Origin: a virus | Lineage: Duplodnaviria > Caudoviricetes | IMG/VR virus record: IMGVR_UViG_3300032335_000309 | Coordinates: 1 to 34,623 of that record | Length of the DNA: 34,623 nt | Reading direction: 5' to 3' (one strand) | Shown here: one piece after another, positions 8,993-14,752 of the stretch | How positions within the stretch are numbered: position 1 is the first letter of the stretch | Layout: each line of letters starts with the position of its first letter | Made by a program: the position numbers and the translations under genes | Notes under the pieces: model-generated | The model's database searches: none | Told to the model about the DNA's origin: nothing | The model's input: the letters and a program-made list of their open reading frames with translations, nothing else

Positions 8993-9203
8993 GAGGGTCT
9001 CTCCCAGCTAGCATGGATGCGTACCACAGCAGCTTGGCTGCGTCCTGCTCGACAGAATCTTTCAAGCCGAGTCGCCAGTTGTATTTAGCGATCTGGCCTC
9101 GAAGGTATCCGCGCCATTCAGCAGGCGAGAGTTGTGCTTGAATCGCATCGATGCACTCGATGTCACCAGCCTTGTAGTGCGATGGATTGGTAGGGTCGTT
9201 CAT
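8985..9203 (-). CDS. DUF3310 (SaV-like) protein
   Basis: DPTNPSHYKAGDIECIDAI...GYLRGQIAKYNWRLGLK..QD..K..WY; ATG at 9203 overlaps upstream TGA. Confidence 0.85.
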   Translation of the reverse strand: MNDPTNPSHYKAGDIECIDAIQAQLSPAEWRGYLRGQIAKYNWRLGLKDSVEQDAAKLLWYASMLAGRDPRV

Positions 9204-9526
9204 GCTGAAGCCCTCTCTTTCAACCGATCGACACCGCGTTGACCGAACAGTTGTCGCACGAGGCCAATGCAATCAGGATCACCGAGAACCTTGGCAGCAC
9301 CGATCTCTCGAATCAGTTCACCAGCCCTGACTTTGATGGACTCGACATCGACACCGGGTCTAGCAAGTTTGGCATCAAGTAGACGTAGACGATTAAGGGG
9401 GTTTTCACTAACTGCTGTAGCCCAGTACTCTGCTGAATTCTTAACAGCATAGTCACTACGATCTTCAGCTTTCTTCTCAGGTTTCTGTGTATATACGCTA
9501 GGGGTATACATGAACTCATCACCCAT
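9200..9526 (-). CDS. Hypothetical protein at the replication-module position
   Basis: 108 aa, strong RBS ACAGGAGAAAGTC-ATG. Confidence 0.75.
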   Translation of the reverse strand: MGDEFMYTPSVYTQKPEKKAEDRSDYAVKNSAEYWATAVSENPLNRLRLLDAKLARPGVDVESIKVRAGELIREIGAAKVLGDPDCIGLVRQLFGQRGVDRLKERASA

Positions 9527-9544
9527 GACTTTCTCCTGTAGTTA

Positions 9545-9840
9545 TTGATTTAGACCAGATGACTGATGGTGAATCCGCACGGAGCGTAGACGGAATGCGC
9601 CTAACGCTGGATCGTGCGGAATTGATGACTGACGGAGCCATCCGCTGTCGGCTACTTTTCGCAGATTGCTCTGCTGTGGTTCGCGCTTCCCGACGACACG
9701 CCGCGCGTTCAGAGGCCCACCGCCCCGGTCTGAATTTAAGCTGGTTCTGCGCGTAGTTTCCCCGACCAGAACAGCCGAGGGACAGAGAGTGTTTGACATG
9801 AGTAGCACACCGCACTACCCTATGCCTACTCATCTGCCCC
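9545..9840 (-). ncRNA. Candidate ~300 nt structured RNA or structured origin region
   Basis: At least six consecutive inverted repeats incl. GCAGA-GCAA-TCTGC on the minus strand; downstream of a sigma70-like promoter; overlapping ORFs do not look protein-like. Confidence 0.55.
9793..9821 (+). promoter_or_regulatory. sigma70-like promoter, rightward
   Basis: TTGACA (9793-9798), 17 bp spacer, TACCCT (9816-9821). Confidence 0.55.
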
Positions 9841-9846
9841 GGTGAG

Positions 9847-9875
9847 AAAATAGTTGACCCCGTGTCAGCCGTCAA
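9847..9875 (-). promoter_or_regulatory. sigma70-like promoter, leftward
   Basis: Minus strand TTGACG (9875-9870), 17 bp spacer, TATTTT (9852-9847). Confidence 0.6.
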
Positions 9876-9900
9876 GCCCCCGCGAGGGGGTTTGTCGTTT
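9874..9900 (+). terminator. Intrinsic terminator hairpin, possibly bidirectional
   Basis: AAGCCCCC-GCGA-GGGGGTTT followed by GTCGTTT; abuts the methylase stop codon. Confidence 0.65.
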
Positions 9901-10881
9901 CTAGCGGTTCTCAACATTCGCAATCCTCTTTCCGATCCAGCGCATGACCGGCACCGCCATTGAGTTGCCGAGGGCTTTGTACCGCGGCCCGTCTGGCGAC
10001 TCTGATTTCTTGCGCCATGGGATGTTGGTGTAGTTGTCGGGGAAACCTTGCAGACGCTCGCACTCAACTGGTGTGAGGCGGCGCACTTGCATAGCGGCCG
10101 CCACCGCCATCGGATTCTTGGCGTTAAGAGTCTGCATCAAATTAACGTCGGTCTGCGGCTGAGACATCTGTGCGCCGAAGCCGATCGGCTGCGCCACAAA
10201 GTTATGGTCGCGGTTATGCCGTGGCCCTTTATGGTCAGTCGCGATTAGCGTCTCTGCTACGTCTGGGATGCCACCGACAGGAGCGCCATCTTCAATGATG
10301 GCGGCAGTTCCTTTCCGCGCCTCTCTGCTCGGCGGAGTATCCCGGCGCACGCTTTCGGACTCAAAAAGAACCTGGGCGGGACGTTGCCAGTCTCCAAGGT
10401 ATCCGACAACGAACACACGACGACGTCGCTGGGCCACTCCGAACCATTGAGCGTCCAACACTCGGTATGCGAACCCATACCCCAACCCCCCCAGCGCCCC
10501 GAGGAAGGTACCAAAATCCCATCCTCCGTTAGATGACAGGACACCGGGGACGTTTTCCCAGACAAGCCATCGAGGCCGGTGACGTTGAGCGATTGCAAGG
10601 TAGGTAAGCATGAGATTGCCTCGGGGATCGGCCAGTCCTCGGCGTAATCCTGCGACGCTGAATGACTGGCAGGGAGTTCCTCCGACCAGAAGGCTAATTG
10701 GTTCATCAGGCCATTCCTCAAACTTGGTCATGTCCCCGTAGTTAGGGACGGTGGGATAGTGGTGTTTTAAGACAGCAGACGGGAAAGCCTCAATCTCGCT
10801 AAACCATGCCGGTTGCCAGCCGAGTGAGTGCCATGCCGCGGTCGCCGCCTCAATGCCGGAGCAGACGCTTCCATATCGCAT
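9901..10881 (-). CDS. DNA (cytosine-5)-methyltransferase, large (alpha) subunit
   Basis: Motif I SVCSGIEA, IV GGTPCQSFS, VI WENVPG, VIII QRRRRVF, RRLTPVECERLQGFP, X GNSMAV. Confidence 0.95.
   Translation of the reverse strand: MRYGSVCSGIEAATAAWHSLGWQPAWFSEIEAFPSAVLKHHYPTVPNYGDMTKFEEWPDEPISLLVGGTPCQSFSVAGLRRGLADPRGNLMLTYLAIAQRHRPRWLVWENVPGVLSSNGGWDFGTFLGALGGLGYGFAYRVLDAQWFGVAQRRRRVFVVGYLGDWQRPAQVLFESESVRRDTPPSREARKGTAAIIEDGAPVGGIPDVAETLIATDHKGPRHNRDHNFVAQPIGFGAQMSQPQTDVNLMQTLNAKNPMAVAAAMQVRRLTPVECERLQGFPDNYTNIPWRKKSESPDGPRYKALGNSMAVPVMRWIGKRIANVENR
10257..10706 (-). CDS. Nested alternative-frame methyltransferase beta polypeptide (M.EcoHK31I beta-like)
   Basis: 149 aa ORF inside the MTase gene; GAGG RBS before ATG 10706; C-terminal SLSDTLE...RFFLSPKACAGILRRAERRGKELP. 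Confidence 0.7.
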   Translation of the reverse strand: MNQLAFWSEELPASHSASQDYAEDWPIPEAISCLPTLQSLNVTGLDGLSGKTSPVSCHLTEDGILVPSSGRWGGWGMGSHTECWTLNGSEWPSDVVVCSLSDTLETGNVPPRFFLSPKACAGILRRAERRGKELPPSLKMALLSVASQT

Positions 10882-10883
10882 TC

Positions 10884-11102
10884 TCAGCCCTTCTCAGCCC
10901 ATCGACGGGCAGCCTCGACTTGTAGGCGCTTGCGCTCCTGCCGGCGCTCCTGTGGGTTCTGGTTGCGCTCAAACTGCAATACCCGCAGTTCCGGCACCAC
11001 GCCTGTCTTTGCCCATCGATTGACCGAGGCACGGCTGACGCCATACGCCCGAGCGATCTCTGCTTGCGTCCCGTAGTGGGACAGTAGTTCCGTGAATGTC
11101 AT
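10884..11102 (-). CDS. cro: Cro-like HTH transcriptional regulator
   Basis: YGTQAEIARAYGVSRASVNRW...VPELR; RBS CAGGAGG; first gene of the leftward arm. Confidence 0.85.
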   Translation of the reverse strand: MTFTELLSHYGTQAEIARAYGVSRASVNRWAKTGVVPELRVLQFERNQNPQERRQERKRLQVEAARRWAEKG

Positions 11103-11119
11103 AGATCCTCCTGCCGCGC

Positions 11120-11182
11120 ATGATGCCCAGAAAATAATTTGTTAGCAAGTGTTGACATAGAGATAGCAGCCTGTGCTAACAT
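11120..11182. promoter_or_regulatory. Divergent early promoters with operator-like inverted repeats
   Basis: Leftward TTGCTA-17-CATCAT (11148-11120); rightward TTGACA (11152) and TGC-TAACAT (11174-11182, 19 bp spacer); TGTTAGCA (11140) / TGCTAACA (11174) perfect inverted pair. Confidence 0.6.
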
Positions 11183-11216
11183 TCTCCCGTCGAGCAAAAC
11201 AACACAGGAGACGGAC

Positions 11217-11408
11217 ATGAATAACGCTTGGTGCTTTAAGTGCGAAGTCGCTGAACGAACCTGCGACGATTACTGCGTCGATTGCGAGATCAAGTTCTTC
11301 CGCGCCAATCCTGACGAGCAGCCGGACTTGTTCGAATCAGTCGAGCGCGACCCAGTTCGCTTTGCCGAATGGATTCCCGTAGTCAAGGCTTTGCAGGAGG
11401 CCGCATGA
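11217..11408 (+). CDS. Small Cys-rich early protein
   Basis: RBS CACAGGAGA; CxxC...CxxxCxxC. Confidence 0.7.
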   Translation: MNNAWCFKCEVAERTCDDYCVDCEIKFFRANPDEQPDLFESVERDPVRFAEWIPVVKALQEAA

Positions 11409-11593
11409 ACGCCGATACCAATTCTCGTGCTTACCAGAACGAGCTCGACAACATCGCCAAGGATCTCGCCGATCTCGTTGACAATATGTCGCTCGACCCG
11501 CTCATCAAACACGCGATCACATATGCCTACGCTCTCGGCAAGGCTGACGGCTACGTTGCCGGCGTCCAGGCTATGGCGGGAGAAGAACGATGA
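11405..11593 (+). CDS. Hypothetical early protein
   Basis: RBS AGGAGG, ATGA coupling. Confidence 0.7.
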   Translation: MNADTNSRAYQNELDNIAKDLADLVDNMSLDPLIKHAITYAYALGKADGYVAGVQAMAGEER

Positions 11594-11709
11594 AGTCGCC
11601 GTGGCCGCAGTTCATCGGGCTCATCGTCCTATTCCTACTGGCTGCCGCACTTGACCCGTGCGGCGACCGCGGTTGCTCACGACAGGAGACTATCAATGCA
11701 CATCGATAA
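11590..11709 (+). CDS. 39 aa membrane peptide (MKSPWPQFIGLIVLFLLAAALDPCGDRGC...); not in ORF track
   Basis: Translated by hand; ATGA coupling, GGAG RBS, one hydrophobic segment. Confidence 0.65.
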   Translation: MKSPWPQFIGLIVLFLLAAALDPCGDRGCSRQETINAHR

Positions 11710-11872
11710 CGCCCCTTGGGGTAACGACGATCAAAGCTGGTGGCACCAGCAAGAGATCGAGGCGCAGGAACGCGACGAGCAGGAGCGTATCGCTGCCTGC
11801 GACCGGGCGCTTGCCGAGCTGAACGCAATAATCGAAACCGAACTAGACAAGATCTACGGGAGCCTGTCATGA
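11696..11872 (+). CDS. Small acidic protein (MHIDNAPWGNDDQSWWHQQE...)
   Basis: RBS ACAGGAG; typical small gene upstream of phage SSAPs. Confidence 0.7.
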   Translation: MHIDNAPWGNDDQSWWHQQEIEAQERDEQERIAACDRALAELNAIIETELDKIYGSLS

Positions 11873-12387
11873 GCGAATTACTGAAGATTAACGTCAACGA
11901 CCATGTCGAGAAGAAGCTCGGACTCTCGTATCTGAGCTGGGCATGGGCTTGGGCAGAGGTGCTCAAGATCGACCCGACCGCTCGATACATGGTTCACGAA
12001 TACGACGGCCTGCCGTTGATGTATCTCAAGGATGGCACCGGGATGGTTAAGGTCTCGGTCGAGATCAAGGGCGACATCAAGACTTGTCTGCTGCCGGTGC
12101 TCGATGCCAAGAACAAGGCGATCGAGAATCCGAACAGCTTCTCGGTCAACACCGCCATCATGCGCTGCCTTGCTAAGTGCATTGCGATCCACGGACTCGG
12201 CCTATACATCTATGCCGGCGAGGATCTGCCGGAAGCAGAGCGCGAGGAGCTGGACGCCGAGATCGATGCCAAGCTCGCCGTGGCTACCAGCGTCGACGCG
12301 CTGACTATCCTGTTCAAGTCGCTGCCGGAATCTACCCGGCAGAACTACATCGACAAGTTTGCCGCGCGCAAGAAGGAACTTGCCTGA
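11869..12387 (+). CDS. sak: Sak-like single-strand annealing protein (DUF1071, Rad52 superfamily)
   Basis: LLKINVNDHVEKK.GLSYLSWAWAW...NTAIMRCLAK.IA.HGLGLYIYAGEDLP. Confidence 0.9.
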   Translation: MSELLKINVNDHVEKKLGLSYLSWAWAWAEVLKIDPTARYMVHEYDGLPLMYLKDGTGMVKVSVEIKGDIKTCLLPVLDAKNKAIENPNSFSVNTAIMRCLAKCIAIHGLGLYIYAGEDLPEAEREELDAEIDAKLAVATSVDALTILFKSLPESTRQNYIDKFAARKKELA

Positions 12388-12929
12388 TGCTCTACACCCA
12401 CGCAGGGGCGCTGCCAGCGCACCAGTACGTTTGGGTGGAGCCCAACGCCCTCGGCCAGCATGACTGGTTGCAGGGCGTCTGGTTCGGTCTGACTTGCTAC
12501 CCGGGCCGCGCCTTCGGCTGCCATGTCATGCTCGAGTGCGGAGCGGTTTACCGTAACGTGCCGTTGCATCAGGTTGCGCACCGTAACACCGCGGCACCGT
12601 GGACTGCTGCCGACGCTCAAACGTGGGACGCCTACGGCTACGAGTTCAGCATGATTGAGTACCCGTACCTTGCTGGCATGAACGGCAAAGCCAAGTGCAA
12701 GAGCGGGGAATATCAGGGACACTATCTGTTTACTTTGGTGCCGATCGGTGATGCGTTTAGCGCCACACCGACGCAATCCAAAGAGTTCTATTTCATGCAG
12801 CTCACCAACGGGCGATACACCGCCCAACCCACAAACCATGTCCTGCTCGAGGATCGCTCGTTCACGGACACGCTTTCATGGCCGACGTTTCTGCGCCGGC
12901 AAACCGATTGGCATTCAGCGGAGGAATGA
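12387..12929 (+). CDS. Conserved phage protein of unknown function (180 aa)
   Basis: TGATG coupling; GRAF..HV.LE.GAVY..VPLH, WD...Y, YLFT, NG.Y.AQP.N pattern. Confidence 0.75.
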   Translation: MLYTHAGALPAHQYVWVEPNALGQHDWLQGVWFGLTCYPGRAFGCHVMLECGAVYRNVPLHQVAHRNTAAPWTAADAQTWDAYGYEFSMIEYPYLAGMNGKAKCKSGEYQGHYLFTLVPIGDAFSATPTQSKEFYFMQLTNGRYTAQPTNHVLLEDRSFTDTLSWPTFLRRQTDWHSAEE

Positions 12930-13528
12930 TGGAACAGAGATCACCAGAATGGTACTCGGCGCGCCTCGGTCTTGTGACCGGGAGTGCTATTAGCAACGTC
13001 CTGATGGATAGCAGCAAAGCCGGGTATCGCAACTATCAGGCACAGCTCGTATGCGAGCGCCTCACGGGAGAGCCTACGGAGACCTACGTCAGCCCCGCGA
13101 TGCAGCACGGCATCGATACAGAGGATGAAGCTCGCGCCGCCTATATGGCTCGTAATGCGGTCATCGTCGATCAGACGGGATTCGTGCGGCACCCGAAGCT
13201 CGAGGCAGGCTGCTCACCGGATGGGCTCGTCGGCGAGGACGGCCTGATCGAGATCAAGTGTGTTCAGCCGGCGACCGCTTTGGACTTGCTCGAGTCGAAG
13301 AAAGTTCCGACCGATCACTACAATCAAATCCAATGGCAGCTCGCCGTGACCGGCAGAGACTGGTGCGACTACGTCGTGTACCAGCCGAAGCTGCCGGAGC
13401 GCCTGCGCCTTAACGTGATCCGCGTGATCCGCAACCAGGCCGACATTCTGAACATGACCGAGAAGGTCGAGAAGTTCCTGGAAGAAGTTCGACGCAAAAC
13501 CAAAGCCTTAAAGGAGATGACCCTGTGA
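12926..13528 (+). CDS. YqaJ/lambda exonuclease family protein
   Basis: EQRSPEW...RLG..TGS, AMQHG...E..AR, GCSPDGL...LIEIKC, QIQWQL. Confidence 0.92.
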   Translation: MMEQRSPEWYSARLGLVTGSAISNVLMDSSKAGYRNYQAQLVCERLTGEPTETYVSPAMQHGIDTEDEARAAYMARNAVIVDQTGFVRHPKLEAGCSPDGLVGEDGLIEIKCVQPATALDLLESKKVPTDHYNQIQWQLAVTGRDWCDYVVYQPKLPERLRLNVIRVIRNQADILNMTEKVEKFLEEVRRKTKALKEMTL

Positions 13529-13806
13529 AGCAATTCGATAACACCAACCGTGGCTTGCTAGCCAAGAACGATCGCAAGCAGAGCGAGAACCAGCCGGACT
13601 ACACCGGCAGCATCAACATCAACGGCGTCGAGTATTGGCTCAACGGCTGGCTCAAGACTGGACAGAACGGCAGACTGGCAGGCCAGAAATACTTCTCGCT
13701 GTCCGTTAAGCCGAAGGATGGCCTCGCTGAGCCGCGGCAGGCACCGAAGCAGCAGCAAGTCGTTGAGACGTTTAGCGACGACGACATCTCGGATATCCCG
13801 TTTTGA
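13525..13806 (+). CDS. Single-stranded DNA-binding-like protein
   Basis: G.L.KND.K....PDYTG.I...G..Y...GW; acidic C-terminal DDDISDIPF tail. Confidence 0.75.
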   Translation: MKQFDNTNRGLLAKNDRKQSENQPDYTGSININGVEYWLNGWLKTGQNGRLAGQKYFSLSVKPKDGLAEPRQAPKQQQVVETFSDDDISDIPF

Positions 13807-14216
13807 AACGAGTATTCCCTCGCGGCACCCAACCAGACCAGATCGCTTCGGCGGTCTCGGTCTTGGTGCGGGAGCTCGACCCTGCCATCTCATGGCAAGT
13901 CACGATCGAGGCATTTAAGCCGAAACGCAGCGACAGACAGAACGCATTTCTCTGGTCGGTAGTTTATCCATCGATCCTCGAGGGAGGCGGCGAGCAGCTC
14001 CGCGGCTGGACGACAAACGATCTGCACGAGTATTTCCTGATCGAAGCTTTCGGATCTGAAGTCATCGAGGGGTTTGGCCGCAAACGACACAAGCCGATCC
14101 GCAGATCGAGCAAGCTTACCAAGCAGGAGTTCAGCGACTACCTCGCATTGATCGAGGCCAAGTGCGCGGAGCTCGGCATCCACATACCAGAACCTCACTA
14201 TGGAGAACGCAAGTGA
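13803..14216 (+). CDS. ninB: NinB/Orf family recombination protein
   Basis: KRSDRQNAFLW...LHEYF...RSSKLTKQEFSDYL..IEA.CAELG. Confidence 0.85.
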   Translation: MKRVFPRGTQPDQIASAVSVLVRELDPAISWQVTIEAFKPKRSDRQNAFLWSVVYPSILEGGGEQLRGWTTNDLHEYFLIEAFGSEVIEGFGRKRHKPIRRSSKLTKQEFSDYLALIEAKCAELGIHIPEPHYGERK

Positions 14217-14407
14217 AAAAGACACAGCAGAAACAAGTCATCGCTTTTATTCGCCGCCGTGGGAGCATCACCGCCCTTGATGCCATGCGCTTTGGATGCC
14301 TGCGCTTAGCAGCTCGCATCAGCGATTTGAAAGCAGAGGGATATCAGATCGCATCCAAGCTCGAGACGAAGCGTGGCAAGACTTATGCGCGGTACAGACT
14401 GGCATGA
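14213..14407 (+). CDS. Small winged helix-turn-helix protein
   Basis: TQ...VI.....GSITALDA...GCLRLAARISDLK..GY.I; GTGA coupling, GGAG RBS. Confidence 0.8.
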   Translation: MKKTQQKQVIAFIRRRGSITALDAMRFGCLRLAARISDLKAEGYQIASKLETKRGKTYARYRLA

Positions 14408-14613
14408 ACTGCCGAAGCTGCCGACACTCCAAGCACGACGGCAAGCAGTTATTCTGCACCGCCAATGATTGGCCGGCAGAATATCGCTGCAACCATTTCA
14501 GTTACGAACCCGGAACAGATGAGGTCGAGTATGACGATCGACAATCAAAGCCCACCGGGAGCGTGGGCAGACGAGCTCAAGGCCGCCCCGTGGGGGTACG
14601 GCCAAGAGCGTGA
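14404..14613 (+). CDS. Small Cys-rich protein (MNCRSCRHS...)
   Basis: ATGA coupling; CxxC..C..C. Confidence 0.6.
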   Translation: MNCRSCRHSKHDGKQLFCTANDWPAEYRCNHFSYEPGTDEVEYDDRQSKPTGSVGRRAQGRPVGVRPRA

Positions 14614-14752
14614 TTGGCGAATTGATAACGCACTAGCAAATGTCAGGATGCGTGGCCTATGGACGGAGGCCAGCACCCTAGCCAATGAGATCAATGCGCT
14701 GAAGGCAGAGATCCATAGGCTTAATTTGGATAAGTCAAAGACAGCCGAATAA
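14531..14752 (+). CDS. Hypothetical protein (MTIDNQSPPGAWADEL...)
   Basis: RBS GAGG; last gene of the rightward arm. Confidence 0.65.
   Translation: MTIDNQSPPGAWADELKAAPWGYGQERDWRIDNALANVRMRGLWTEASTLANEINALKAEIHRLNLDKSKTAE

Noticed and set aside
9545-9700. Hammerhead ribozyme or tRNA in the structured region
   Set aside because: CTGATGG/CTGACGG are not the CUGANGA core with a matching GAAA; no T-loop or cloverleaf seen
9519-10067. 182 aa minus-strand ORF (or 104 aa from ATG 9833) as a replication protein
   Set aside because: Arg/Ser-rich, no motif, no RBS, crosses a terminator and overlaps the MTase; dense base pairing explains the region better. Not fully excluded because its stop overlaps the next start by 8 nt
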